From the NCBI GenBank assembly GCA_024679065.1, contig JAGIQG010000001.1, positions 118,296,001-118,360,000 on the forward strand: a stretch of DNA of 64,000 nt. Reading direction: 5' to 3'. Of the stretch, positions 38,901 to 52,979 are shown piece after piece (position 1 is the first letter of the stretch; every line of letters starts with the position of its first letter). Origin of the DNA: Sphyrna mokarran (taxonomy: Eukaryota). The translations under genes and the position numbers were made by a program. Under the pieces are notes generated by a model, which made no database searches, had not been told where the DNA came from, and saw only the letters and a list, made by a program, of their open reading frames with translations.

Positions 38901-40369
38901 ACCAGAAAGAAGGGAGAAATTAGGGCAAAGACAAGGGGTGGAGTGAGGGGGGTGAGTTAAAAATCACAGGTCAGCTTAGAGATTATGCAGAGTCAGGGTG
39001 GAGAGGAGCATCAGACTAAAGTGGAGTTGTTGGATGTCAGGGAGGGAGGCTAATCATGCAAGAGAAGTGAGGGGGAGGGGCAAAAGAGATATGGAAACAT
39101 TTTTGTTCCTCCTGGTCCACAAGAAGTGACAGTAAAACATTTACTTGCTGGAATCAGCAGTTTTTAACCTCTCCAGCTAGATTGTAGCAGTTAAATCTAA
39201 ATGGTTACTAAAAGGTCAGAGGAACACAGCCTCATTAATATATTTAACATGATTGAACCGCCTCTCGAGAGCAGGTCACTTACTCAACATTAACCACTCT
39301 GCATAAAGCAGAAGTATGTGTTTTCATGATGGGTTTTGGATTTTTAAGCATTTAACCACACCCATAGTGGGGTGGTATTGAAATTCCATCTATTATATTC
39401 TATGCCTCTGCAAAAATTATGCTCAACTGAAAAGATAATCAAAAAAGGTTCTTAAAAGGCAAGGCCTGCTACTGTATATATCACTGCAAAATGAACAGAT
39501 TAAAGTTGCCAACTGAATTCCCAGAATAAAGACAATTGTAGTGTTGGAAAATTCTGTTTATAAATAGAGTGATGACATAACCTACACATTTACGATCTAA
39601 TTTCCATTGCGGGTGATCTTATCTTTAGAATCAATAACAAAAAAATGACATTCAGCTTCAGTACAAATGTCAAATTTACCTCTGCAACTGCACCTCACAC
39701 AAAAGAATGGAATTGTTTACAGCTTGACCTGTAACATATTCAGAGTGACAATGAGCAGCTGACTGTCACTTCATTGCGATTCTTCTGTATCAAACTCTGA
39801 CAGCAACCATCTTTTCTGACCTTCCTGACTTGGGCAGAGTGGAACCGAAGAAGCTTTAAAGCAAGCAAGTTTAAAGGGAGAAGTTAAGTGAACAGGATGT
39901 GGGAGTTTGGACATTGGCAACAGAGATCCAGGGGATACAATACAAGACACAATAGTTAGAAATGCTTTAATTCCAAATATTTCAGAGTAACTAGGTGTGT
40001 ACAACTGGCAGAACCCATCTGAAGTTTTTGATTTAATATCGTTTTGTTGAATAGTTCCCAGCACAGTGCAATAATCTAGGGGAAGTTAGCCTTTATATAA
40101 CTCCTCTGTAGGAACTTCCAAGGAGGAATTCCCCACTATATTTTTGGGGTATCTCCAAAATCAACAGTGGAGAGCCAGGAAGTTATGGCCCATTGTTACC
40201 CAAAGCTACTGTCTATTGACAAGACTGTGCTGGGAAACATTACTCCATTACACAAAGTGTAATTCTTGGTTATTTTGTGATTCCTGAGCCAAATTTTAGG
40301 CAATTTGTCTATTAAAACTAAGTAAATGTAAATAGTTTGACTACTGGCACTCATTCTTTACTGTATCAA

Positions 40370-41620
40370 CAACAACTTGCATTCATATAACACTTTCAGT
40401 AGAATAAAACCTTCCAAGATGGTTAACAGGAGCACTGTAAGCCAAAATAAGGGAGTGGGGCATGTGGAAAAATCAAGTGTCCTTGAGAAGATAGAGAGAT
40501 TGAGGGTTTTAGGGAGTTAGCGTTTGCAAATTAATTTAAATCATGGAATCCAGGAGGCCAAGATTTAAATAGTGCAGATATCTTGTTGGATTGTGGAACT
40601 GGAGAGGGATGACATCATGGAGTAATTTGCAAACAAGAATGAGAATATTAAAATTGAGCTGTTGTTTAACTGGGAACTAATGAAGGTCAGTGAACACAAA
40701 AGTTGATAAGCATAGAGAACTTGGTTCGGGGAAAGACGAGCAGCAGAGCTTGAAAAATTTTAAGTTTATGTGGAGTAAAACATTAAAATGTTTAGAACAA
40801 TGGATGAGGGTTTCAGCAGATGGGTTGAGCAAATCTGAACCATGCTACAGATAAATAGACAATTTTAGTGATAATGTGAATATGTGGCCACAAGATTATC
40901 TCAGGAATTTGACACAGTCGGTTAAGTTTCAGAGTTGCCAGGAAGAAGGATGGAGTTGAAGGGTAGGGGAGAGGAGTTTTTGCTCAGGAGCTAAAGACAA
41001 TAACTTCAGTCTTCACAATATTTATTTGGAAAAATTTCATCTCATTCAGTGTTGGTTGTCTGACAAGCCTGTTCAACAATTTAAAGACATTGGAAGAGTC
41101 TAAAACAGTGGTGACCATGCAGGGCATATTTTAATGACTTTATAAAGCACCATTTTGATACACTGACAGGACTGAAGCCTAATTGGAAGGATTCAAGCAT
41201 AGAACATTGGGAAATATGAACATGGAATTGAGTGCCATCAACATGCTCAAACAGCTTGGGGATAGGATCAAGATTTTTTATGAGGAGAGGAATGATGTTG
41301 ACAGATTTGAAGGAGAAGGAGACAGTGAACGAGGAGACTACACTGTTGTCAATATCAACTAGGATAGGAGCCAGTAAGGGCAACCAAGTGATCAACAGTT
41401 TAGTCAAAATAGGACAAAGGAAGAGGACATGAATCTTCTGGACAAGTGGAGCATGTAGAGGGTGAGAGGAGATAACTGAGAAAGAGAAAGGTGCAAGTTT
41501 AAGGTCAGTGCAGAGTTTTCTGGAAAAGCTTAGAGGATATTTGACCTAGAGGATAACCAAAGGGAAAGATGTGGCAGAGATAGCTGGTCTCCATCTTAAA
41601 GACATTCATAAGCATCCAAC
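40370..41620 (-). mobile_element. L2-type LINE, decayed RT
   Basis: ORF 41081-41407 includes LESFQLGFSP and IIPLLIKNLDP, relics of the L2 QSGFRP and PLLKKxxLDP motifs. Confidence 0.7.
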
Positions 41621-43547
41621 AGAAGTATCCATCTTTCATTCAGATATGACAGATGATAAATGCTACAAGACGAAAAGCAGAAAGTGACATTGGCTACAAT
41701 TCTATGCTGTCCCATTAACATAACAATTTTACTAGAGATCCGATATTTTCATGGTGAATCATTAGAGAGCCACAATTAACTGTTCTATTTACTGAAGGAG
41801 AAGTGATTAACCCAGATTGCACTGAATCAATTTTATCTGAGGTTCAGGGTTCAGTGAAATTTAGGACAACGCACAAGAAAGGGTAGTAATAAGTATGCTG
41901 AAAACAGATTTGGATGAACCACAATTTCCTTCAGTTAAAAACTGCCAATATCAAAGCTATGTCTTCAACTTCTGAAAAATTTTTCAGCCTCACCACTGAT
42001 TTCATCATTATGGCTCATTACATAAGTGATGGTTGATTGACCCAGGTACTACTGGAACCAGACCACAAAGGATTCTACATCCTTGAGAGAAGGAAAACAA
42101 AAAACTCAGGAAATGAGTAAAAAAATAAAGCAAACATGTACTTTTGAATTTCATTTTACTTTAACAGTACCAAAGGTACTGAACCATACCACTTAATGCG
42201 TTAATGTTCCAGAATTATTTTTTAAACCTATCTTTGCAATCTTCTGCACTGAAGATATCCATTCTGACACTTCCACAGGCAGTCAGTATTCCAGTGTCCA
42301 TTAAACGGTCAATTCTTAATGCTTTGACCAGGTGTCAAATACTAGCATTATAGCCAACTACTGGATGCATTACAACCAACGCAATTCTGAACATATAAGA
42401 GTCAGGCTCACTTTTTCCTTACCATAGGCCAGAAGTACTGAAGCTTTCAATGCTCCTACTTGCCTGAAATTCAGAAGCTCTTCTGCACAGATCAGCTTAG
42501 ATGATCTGTATGGCTCTTATGATCACAACATAGGTCAGGAATAGAGCCTGGCATCTTTGGCATTTACATGTGTCTCCATTCTGGGCAGCAAATTACCAAT
42601 TGAATCATCACAGAAAATTGAAATAAAAGAAAGGCACCACTTTTATATAGCTAAAGTAATACAAATATGATGACTAGAATGCACAAACATTCCTCATGAC
42701 ATGTTACTGGAAGTGCTTCATATAAAGCATAAAAAGCAAGGACATTTCCTCATCTTTTAGAAACATGGCATTAAAAGTAAAAAAAAATTATAAACACTTG
42801 CATATAAATTTGTGCTAAAGTTGACCTCATTGCCTATCTTCGAGGAATGGAAAAATCAGAATGGTGACTTCTGGTGAAAAGAATCTTTAAAATTTCAAAC
42901 TGAATCAAATTCATGGTACCCACAAGTGATACAAACAAGATTAAGCTGACAAGGCATTGCATCCCATCTTGGGCTTGATCTGAAGCTTCATCTTAGCCAA
43001 AAAGATCAAAATGGCTTTGAAAAATCCTCAGGTGACACCTTGGTTAAACTTCATCGGCTAACCCTGATTATTGATCTTGCATGCAAGCTAAGGTAGAGTC
43101 AAAAGGAACATATGAGCTATATTTGCTTTCCCATTATGAATAGTTGAATATAGCTGACTCGAGACCAAGCATTTCATTACCATCAAGTGACTGACGAGAC
43201 TGACTGTTGTAATGTGCCACACCTGACCAAAACTATGGCTTAAATCTCCAAGGAGGAAGTATTTTCTTTTAAATCATGTGAATCCCATACCAAGGAGTTT
43301 GTTCTAAGTATCTGTGGTAGACCAATAGATTAATCCAACATCAGCAACACAGATCCCGAATCTTCCTGTCTGCAATAAATTTCAAACCCCAGCTAGGACT
43401 ACCAGGTCTATATGGCTAAGCTACCTGGATGCAAACTTATGGTTTTATTCTTTGAATCTGGATTGATTTCCCTTCGTATCACCCACCGTTCCTCACCCAA
43501 TAAAGCAACCACATAACCTACCCTCATACATTTGGTAGCATCATACA

Positions 43548-43725
43548 CAGTAAGAAGTCTCACAACACCAGCACAGAGTCCAACAGGTTTATTTGATAAT
43601 AAATGCCATTAGCTTTCAGTGTGCTGCTCCTTCATCAGGTGATGAATAAACCTATTGGAATTAAACCTGATGTTGAGAGACTTCTTACTGTGTTTACCCC
43701 AGTCCAACACCGACATCTCCATATC
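43548..43725. mobile_element. Foldback Penelope-like mini-element with minus-strand hammerhead core
   Basis: Inverted arms (gtaagaagtctcacaacacca / tgatgttgagagacttcttac); TSD agcat(c/t)ataca at 43537-43547 and 43726-43736; minus-strand CUGAUGA...GAAAGCU at 43611-43642 with a damaged stem II. Confidence 0.8.
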
Positions 43726-46700
43726 AGCATTATACATAAGCAGATTAGAACATAGTGAATTGGAGTATTTTGGTTCCAATCTTAGGCAGCATATTAAAAC
43801 ATTATAAAAACATTGCACGGGGAACTGTGCAACTGAGATGCATTGTCAAGCTACTTTCTTCTTTCAAATGACTGGATGAGATGGATAAATGGAGGTTTGT
43901 ATGGAGCATTACTATCAGACCAATTGAGCCAATGGTCAGTTTCTGAGCTGTACTTCTATGTGATTACATCAATTATCCACTTATTCTGTAGCTTACACAC
44001 GCGGTTTTTAAGTGTCACATCGACTATATGTGTTCACTCTTTGATGGACAATGAATTAATATATTATGTTGGGCTCTGAGCCATCCTGACTAGGAAAGTG
44101 TCATGTTCAACAAGTGAAGGCACTTTCATGACTTCAGTGTTCCCTGCTGGAAGAGAACATCATGTTGGGGAATGATGGAGTACTTAATAATTGAATAGCC
44201 CAACAAAGCTTACATGTGAAAAGTGGACTTTTGACTGATTTTGGGTGACTGGTATCTAGAATCATAATTTCACCTAACCTAGTGGCTTTAGGAGAGGCAG
44301 AAAGAAAATTAAAAGTAAACATTTTCCTTACACACTTGAACAGATTTTAAAGGAAGTGTTAGGTGTTATGACTGAAGGAGCTGACTAGTAAAACTTGCAT
44401 CCTGACTCCAATTTAAAACTGCATCCCATTGAACTCTTTATTCACAACAAAGTGTTTGGTGCTCATGATCACTCAATCTTCATCCCTGTTTCCTCGGAAG
44501 TTTTCAACAAATATAACAAAGATTCAATTCCATTTTTCAACTGTGCAATGCTTAGAGAACTCTTGTTGCCAGAGTGCCATTTACAGGGGAAAGGTGGGTC
44601 AGATGAAGCCACTTTTATATAAACCCCCTTAAAATCAGAGTTTAATAGGATATCACAAATATAATATAATTAAGTAACTATCCCAAAAAACAGAACTGAA
44701 GTGTCTAAATGTTTTTCTCTCTTTATTAGAATAGATGTTAAGGTAAATAAAACCAACATCTAATGAGCATTCATGCAAAAAATGTGTCAACAAGATACAC
44801 CCATTCACTTACAAACTAAACACACAAATTGCACAGCTTCAATTAGAGTTCGCCACAGAAATGTTTGACATTAAAAAGGGATAAGTACTAATTTAAAGTA
44901 ATTATTTTTAAAAACTTTTTCTCTTGGCAACTTTATCTACTGCCGCAAACTTGCTTCCAGCATTTACAATGCAAGGCTTGATCACTTTTTATTCCCATCG
45001 CCAGCATCAAACACTCCTAATGGGATTCCAATTTTTTACATGAGCTAATAGTACCAACTTTTACTATTCACTTATGGAGAATCATATTTAAATGTCAAAA
45101 TTAGGAGGCTTTCAGTCCCATTCATTTAGATTTTGGTGTAATTCTAGTTCTGCTTATGAAAATTTTAATAAATGAAAAATTTTGGAGTATGCACTAATTT
45201 CCAAGTGTTAGTCATGGGCAAGGTTCTGTGCATGTACAAAACGTCAGTAGCATGTTAGTTATATTTCAATTGTGTTTAATTGTATGTAATTGATGGATAT
45301 TGTTGGAGGTGCAATGTGCACTTGTTCTCCTATAAAATCCAAACAGAAACTGGGATTGTTGAGATGTGCATAATTTGTAATATGTATCTGCAAATAAAAG
45401 CTTACAAAAAGATTACTTTCAGTTTCATTCTTCATTACAAGGATTTCTGGAGTAGAACAAGTTTACAATCAACCTCCATACACGTTAATAATCTCAAAAA
45501 TTGTTTTGTGATGAATATTCCAGTTTCAAACTCCCATGCTAATATTTACATATTGCTTATAAAATGATGAGACCATTGTACTTCCCTCCAACTTTTTCCT
45601 AAAGGATGCAATTCAACCTGGAGTGCAGTTCTGAGGAGGCTTGGCACAGAAACATCACATGCAAGGTAAGTGTTGAAGGCTATTTCCCTGATAATGGTAG
45701 CAGAGGAGCCAAATCCTATCCTGATCTAACATTCACACATTCAGAAGGGATTATTGTCTTTTGTCCTCCACAATACAGACACAACAACTAGCATGAAAAG
45801 TATCACAGGCCAACTCATGGAAGTATAATTAGAAACAAGAAACAAATGAATACCAAGCCAAATAGAATATTAAAAGGGTGACCAAAGTTTGGTCAAAGAG
45901 TTGATTAAAAATGATCTTTAAATGAAGCAAGAGATTTGGAGATGATTAAAGAGAAGATTCCAGAATATTGAATCTTTAGTTAGTTACCAATGACATGGCA
46001 AAGAGGAGGCAACATATACAAAAGACCAGAGTCAGAAAAGATTATGATTGTTCATCTTCATTGTTAAGTGTTCATGTTCTTTTAATTTGAAGAACACTTT
46101 TCACTAAAGTAGATTCCATTTCACAATTCCAGCTGAAAAAAATCTCAAATCACTTCTATTACCATCTTTTCAGACAACACATAGCAGCATTGCATTAATT
46201 GAAATGAGACTGCTTAATATACACATTTTCAACAATGACCCCATGGATTTGAAAACCAGCCAACAAATATTGCAGGCATCACAAAATATTGCATTGCTGA
46301 TGTTAAATTACGTTAGTTCCAACCATTGAAGGTCCTGTTGCAGAGTCACTCATTACTTTAAAGATCTTTATGGGATTTTATTGACTTTCAAAAGAATGTT
46401 GTTCCAGCTTTGTTTTCAGATTTTTCTATTTAATGCTGAAATTGCTCCAAGTTTACTGAGCTAGTTACAATATAATATTGGATGAATTTAAATTAACCCA
46501 TGAAAAATTTTATAGATTCATTTAAGTTTGTGTTGTCCTTCCTGAACACAATTTTTTTCAACTTAATGCCGTAGATACAGGATTAGGAAAATCTACCCCG
46601 ATAAAAAGTTTTATGAAGACAGAACCAAAACTTAACACAAGCATTCTCAATGTCAAGTAAAACAGATTTTGAGTGGTACTTTTAATTTATTGGCAAAACT

Positions 46701-46948
46701 CCTTTGTTCTCAACAAGATGAGCTTGCATTGTTTGTCTCTTGTGACACTGTGAATCTATTTTTAAACAGCTAGAAGTGTTATGTTGGGCAGCAGTTACTA
46801 CATGAGAAATAAGCAATGTTGAAAGATTGAACTGTGGGAGAAACTAATGAATCCAAAAGGTATTCTAAATCAAACTATACAAAATAATTTAACCATGATA
46901 TTGTACAGAAGAAACCATAAATTAACCCATAACGAAAAACAAGTAAAA

Positions 46949-47036
46949 CTTGGGAAATGATTGGAACTGGTCCAAACTTATCTTCTATACTTTAAAATGG
47001 AACTATAGTTTGGACCTGTACCAGTCATTTCTCAAG
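46949..47036. repeat. Short hairpin/palindrome, 30-bp arms, 28-nt loop
   Basis: cttgggaaatgattggaactggtccaaact pairs with agtttggacctgtaccagtcatttctcaag (2 G-T, 2 mismatches). Confidence 0.85.
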
Positions 47037-47489
47037 CTTCACTGATTTTTCCTTCTAGAACATATTCCTCATTGTTTGTAAACCGAGCTGATAATCAATA
47101 GAAAATATGACCAGAGAAGTACTAGCATCTGACTCTTGCAGTGTACACAATGATGTGTGGCTGTCATGAAGGAGGATTTCAGTATGAGGAGGAGAATAAA
47201 CCTCCATAATAATAAAAGCAGGGTTTGTACTAACAGCCATTATGCATATGAATATGCAAATATTTCATATTAAAAGAATCCTTTATACTCCCAATAAGGC
47301 AAACATTCTGGGTTAATACCTCATCCGAAAGAAATTTCCTCAGTAAGACACAAACGTTAGCCTAGGTTATGCCCCCGAGTCATGAGCCAGATTTAAACCC
47401 ATAACCTCCCCAGGTAAGGTTATAAGTACTAAGTCAATGTCGATACTGAAGATTAATCTGGTGCAAATATAACACAAGACTGAATCATT

Positions 47490-47809
47490 TATTTTCCCTT
47501 TAACACATTCCTATATCATACCTTCATGCAGCCACTGGCATCTCCACACTGCCATCAATGCTTCCTATCTCATGACCTACATATTTCAGTTGCAATCTCT
47601 CCTAGCTCCCACCAATCACGGACCTTCTACTCTGCTCCAACCCCTCATTCAGTATATAATCCATCATATATCTCCCTCACTATGATTCTGAAGTCATAGA
47701 TTTGAAATGTTAATTCCATTTTCTCTCTCCAGAGATTCTGCCAAAGTGGCTAAGTTTTTCTATATTTTTTATTTTTGTTTTAGATTCCAGCATCTGCTGT
47801 ATTTTGCTT
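47490..47809 (+). mobile_element. Penelope-like 3' fragment (second family), degenerate hammerhead
   Basis: Pyrimidine-rich tract followed by ctgaag..tcatagatttgaaatgttaa and the tail ...tagattccagcatctgctgtattttgctt. Confidence 0.55.
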
Positions 47810-49249
47810 TGATCAAATTATCCATCCAATTTAGAAAAGGTGAAAAGCTTGAGTGCTCATTGAAATACCAAATCAAAATAGACAAAAAAGTTACTAATTC
47901 CAACTGATTTGACTTGACTTGTCATCTAAATGGGGAACATTCAATGGGTTCCAACCTTCTAACATTGCCTTTGTTGCTCAACAGATGAAGCCTGTGCCAT
48001 GTTTAGTATATTTGCTATAATGTCAACTTCTGTGATCCAATTTTTCTTTGTTTATGTTTCAATTTCATTGTTTTCCCTCTCAAAAACAAACTGACAGATG
48101 AGATCAGTGTTGGGAAGAAAATATTGTGTCATGTTGTACAATTCATTAAATTTTTACAACAATGGCTAGCACAAGGGGACATAGCATTAAATTTACCAGA
48201 GAGCCTTTTTAAACATGCTACACTGGATTAATCCAGATATGGTATTGTATTGGTAAAACTTGACAGGTGGAATTTAAATATTAGGAAGTAAACATGAAAC
48301 AAAGTAACCAAATTAATATTTAGAATTGATATAGTGAACTAGGAATGTGGTCTTGTTCCAGAAGGCTGTAAATGTCAAAGATATACCATAAAATCCTGAG
48401 CTTTCTGAAATAGAGGCACTCTTACATAGAAGATTAAGGCCTTCAATCTGTAGGCAGGTACAGGTTTTGGCTCCTTGGAACTAGATCTTGTGTCCATTCT
48501 CACTGCTGTGAGAAGGTAGCAGATTTGCACAAGCTATGCCATGGTAATGGTGGCAGCAAAGGAATGGCAGTTAAAGATGAGTGACACGCAAGACAGGTGA
48601 AATAATTTGTATGTTAACTATTACCTATCAAGCACTAGAAGACCTAAGAAGGGCTTTTAGCAGCAGTTTCTCTATGGGGAGCTCTTTAGATTCACTGATT
48701 ATTGATATGAGCAAGCAGCCAAGTCTTTAATGCACCTTGCTGCACTGTGTCTTCAACTCAATGACCCTAGGAAACTGCACGCAACTCAGGAAACAGATCA
48801 CCGGACTGTTAAATCCACAATTCATGGTTAAAACTGAATTGAATCACCTTTTTTAACATTTAAACATTTTATCAACAGGCGTATGGGGCTCCCAGTGGAT
48901 CTGCAAAACACCCAAGTGATATCAGAAGAGTGTGGGATACGGTTTGGATCCCAACATCACAGAATTTAAAACTCCCCTGAGCATTCAAGCCTGCCTCCCC
49001 TTGCCTGAAACAAATCCCACCTCAAATTTAAAATTCCACATGGCAAGCTGTGAAATTGAATTAAGTAAGTCTGGTAACTAGCACCTGATAAAATTGCCAT
49101 GAAAACTGTCAATTGTTGTAAAAGTCTGTGTCTTTCAGGGAAGGAACACATTATATCGACATGTGATATCAGACACATAATATGTAATTGACTGCTAATG
49201 TCATCAGGGTAATAAGAGATGTGCAATAAACTTTGCCAAGCCTTTGCTG

Positions 49250-49860
49250 TTCACATTATATGAGCCAATTTATAAGAGACTCATTTCCCTTGGGGTCAGC
49301 TTTCTGGTTTTTCACTACATTGCTTCCAGTACTTGTATGTCTTCCATTTGTCTCAGTAACAGCCATGTTCAAAGTGCAGTCTGATTAACCAACTGCACAG
49401 TTTGACCATGAGCACATCTGACTTGAGCACAATGTTTTTGACTATACAGTTTAATAATATTCCATTACCTTTGCAAAGTGTTGCTCTGTATTGATATATG
49501 CTAAACTTTCTACTAAGACTGCAGAGTTTCTTTTTCAGTCTTAGCCATATGAGCAAAGCTCAACTTAATTTCTGTAAATGCCTGCCCACTGATAGATTTT
49601 GTCTTAATCTCTCTGTATTCAGCAGTTCCATTGATTCCCCTAGTTTGGCATCAACAAATTTGACCACTTTTCAGTTTCTAAGTTCAGTTAATTTGTGTAA
49701 ATAAAAAACAGCAATTATTCAGCAAAATAGACCACACACAGCATTTCTCATATCACAATATAGTTCTTCCATAGAGTTATTTCCAGTTTACCTTTCTTCT
49801 GACAATTTAAAACATTTATCCAATGAGCAAACCTAAATCAATTGTTTTGTCTTATTTACT
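49250..49860 (-). mobile_element. Very old CR1-like LINE fragment
   Basis: Reverse relics LCSWLIRLHFEH (LYxxLVRPHLE) and KFVDAKL (KFADDTKL). Confidence 0.55.
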
Positions 49861-51129
49861 TCCTTGTGGTATGGAAACTAACAAAAACATTTATTTTTGA
49901 ATGTTCTGTCCTAAATCATTATTGGTGGCATAACAGATGAAAACTTCAATGTGCTATTGAGGGAATGCAGCAATGTTGGAGGTACTTTCTTTCAAATAAG
50001 ACATTTACTTAACGTTTTGACCAATATTTATGTCTCTAAACAAAAATAGATTAACCACTCGTTTATTTTCATGTCTGTGGTGCTGCAAATGTAAAAAGAC
50101 TGCTTACATGTTGTAATCTCCCACTTCCCTCAAACAAACTTTCAAATTACAAGTTTCAGAGCACTAAACCTCAAACTGGGTAATATATCATCACCAATTC
50201 CTACTTTTTTCCCCCCCAATGATGATGCGCCTGCACAATGATCTTTGCCTGCAACTGTGCTCTCAGTGCCAATAACAATAATCTGGGTGGACTTTAGGGG
50301 GCCATGTTGTGGCGGGTGTAGAATCACTGGCAACAGTTTCTGGATTTCTGCACTTAATGCAGATGCTGCTGTCAGTTTTTGCGTTCATCGTCTCAAATCC
50401 GCCACCCTCAGGACCCAGTCCGTGCTGGATATCGGATCTTACTAGCCTCCCAGCACGGGAAAGGGTACCGAGACATTTTACAGTACCTAAAGGATAATTA
50501 GATAAAGACTTAAAAGCAGCCACATTGATATTGAATATCTTTTTGTTTGGGAAGGTCACACCTTAAAAATTGCACTTACTTTACGTCACTAGAGAAACAT
50601 TGATGATGGAAATGGTACAGATCAGTGCAGCTCCCTGCACTGTCCCGAGCAGTGTCAGGTGGGGTTAATCAGCCAGAGCACGAGAAACAGGTATTCCAAA
50701 CGGAGAATTACTCCCTGAATAAGCACTTTGACTCAGAATAGCACCAAAATTAAAATTTCATATCCAAAATTCTCGCATGATTTGCTTTTTCAAAAAAAAA
50801 TTGGTTTCGAAAAGTCTGGGCCATCGGCATTAATGTAGATATAGGATCCACTATGACCGTGCTAACATTGGTTCTTGTATTGGAAGTTTCAACTCTAATC
50901 TTTCAACTTTTTAATTATAAAGCTACATAAAACCAGGCAATAGTTTCTTTCATAAAACCCTTACACTCAATACACGGTCTTTCATAAGGGAACTAAGTGC
51001 AGAGATCTCAAATTATGTCGCATCATTGTGAACACATTTGTAAAAAAAAAGCTCATATTTGAAATTTCGATTTGTTATTGACAGTAAAACAAATTACGTT
51101 TCCAAAGAAACACTAATTAAAAGTCAAAA

Positions 51130-52298
51130 TGTAATAACTATAGCGGATACCTCTGCCATCCTGTGTTTAACATTAAACTACATAATAACAGTGACGCACT
51201 TCAGTTGATCTTTTCGCAATAAAACATGCCAACAGAATTTACAATCAGATGTGCTTCATTATTTTAGTCTACGTAATGGCAGCGATCTGGATCTCTGAAC
51301 TGTGGTTAATCCACATCTCACTTCTCTGCCACCCAATATGACCCAGTGGAGGTCCCGCTATGGAGGAATTTCCCCCAATTATCTTGCGAATATGGGGTGG
51401 AGGGTGCTGCATGCAGTGGTGCCCTACAATCATAGATTTTTCTGGTTCACGGGCTCCCAAGACTGATCCTTCTGTGGCCTTGTGGAGTCCGTGGGGCACA
51501 TCAATGTCCTATGTTATACACTGCACACCCTTTTAGGTTTTCCCAACCACTTTTTACTGATGTTTTGTTTGCACTTCAATCCCACACTCCTAATCTATGG
51601 ACACGGTGCAGAGCGGGGCAGGTCGGAATGGCCATCTCCTCGTGAACCTGCTCCCAGGCCTAGTGAGACGCGCCATCAATAGGTCCAAGCACTGGGTAAT
51701 CGTCGGGGCCGTCCATCCTGACCGTCTGCCTCTCTACCATGGCTATATTCACGGCCAGGTGTTCATGGAGAGGGAGCATGTGTATACACAGATGCAGTTG
51801 ATGCCTTCCGCGCCCACTGGGGCTCCGTAGGGCTGGAGTATATTAGAGACCCCGTCCAGCATATTTTAATTTGATGTTTTAAGTTTCCTTTTGACTTTGT
51901 TTTTTGTTTGGGCTGTTCCCCCTTCCTTTTGGGGAGCTGCCCTTTTTAGTTTGTCCTTAAGTTCATTTGAGTTCGTTTATTTGGTTGGCGTCAAGAGATG
52001 CCACCCAGTATGACAGCTGTGACCAATTCCAGTACAGCAGCTAAGACAACCCACAATACTCCAAATCAAACAAACCACAGCACTATAAAACAAAGTCAAT
52101 TCAACCCATCTCCCAGTATGGATCCTTTAAAATGTTCCAAAATCTAATTAGTTCTTCCTTGGGCCATCTGAGCACCAAGTTTCACTGAAATCCATCCAAA
52201 GATTTTTGGCATATACTATTTACAGGCAAACGGAATAATAGGGGTGAAAACATTGCCTCTGCACCTCTTACCTTCCTCCCTCAGTCGTGAAAGTAATA
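51130..52298. mobile_element. Helentron/HINE-like non-autonomous element interrupted by Tx1
   Basis: Contains aaaatctaattagttcttccttgg...accaagtttcactgaaatccatcc...gaaaacattgcctctgc and a 5' acctctgcca motif. These resemble fish elements I associate with Helentron-derived repeats; the assignment is from memory. Confidence 0.4.
51343..51998 (+). mobile_element. 5'-truncated Tx1-clade LINE with 16-bp TSD
   Basis: QWRSRYGG...GWRVLHAVVP...FCGLVESVGH...C...LHFNPTLLIYGH matches the Tx1 ORF2 zinc-finger C-terminus. TSD tgccaccca(a/g)tatgac at 51327-51342 and 51999-52014. Confidence 0.9.
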
Positions 52299-52979
52299 AC
52301 AACTGGTCAATTCTACAGATTATTTAATTATCTCTAAGTCACTACTTGGATTCTGAAGTGCCTTCAAAGTGCTAACATTTCATTAGCATTCAGAAAAATT
52401 CTAAGATAAATTACAAAACATTTTTGGCTCAATCTATTTCAGCAAAAGTGGAGGAAAGAAGCAGTCCATGTGTATTGTATCTAAAACCAAAATGCTTACC
52501 TTTACAAAATATGGAGAATTTTTGTTATGCTAAGTGAAATTGTTATTACAAGTATTAATTACACTAATTTGGTGTATTAATTAGGTTAATTAGAAAATGG
52601 ACATTCGTCAGTATTTCAAAAGTTATAAGTCTTCTCTTTTTAAAATTTACCACCAAAATGGGTAATGACATTAGAGTTATACCAGTTATATATACAAATG
52701 GGGTGACTTACAGAAAAAAGCTTCTTGTATAATTTAATCGCCACAAATGTCTCTTATGCAGACGAAATGCACACGAATAATATATTTACTACATTCATTT
52801 CAGATTGTCACATACTTGATCTAACCATAATATTCTTATGTGCCAAACATTTTCTGTGCACTTAGCAAACATGGTTTCTAAATCAAGTATAAAGGAAAAT
52901 ATATTTATTTGGAATTCTCTCAATATCAACACCTTTTGAAGGAGATAGCAGCTGGGATTTGGCTGCCACAAAGTAAGTT

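Noticed and set aside
39680-39853. Minus-strand exon-like segment (174 nt; branch-like cttaac, AAG acceptor, GAG|GTAAAT donor)
   Set aside because: Stops in all three frames and no ankyrin similarity; pseudo-exons like this are expected by chance in a 60-kb intron.
50263-50559. ORF containing GPEGG, reminiscent of a recalled mammalian ANK2 alternative N-terminus
   Set aside because: Only a short low-complexity match, with no matching start or donor.
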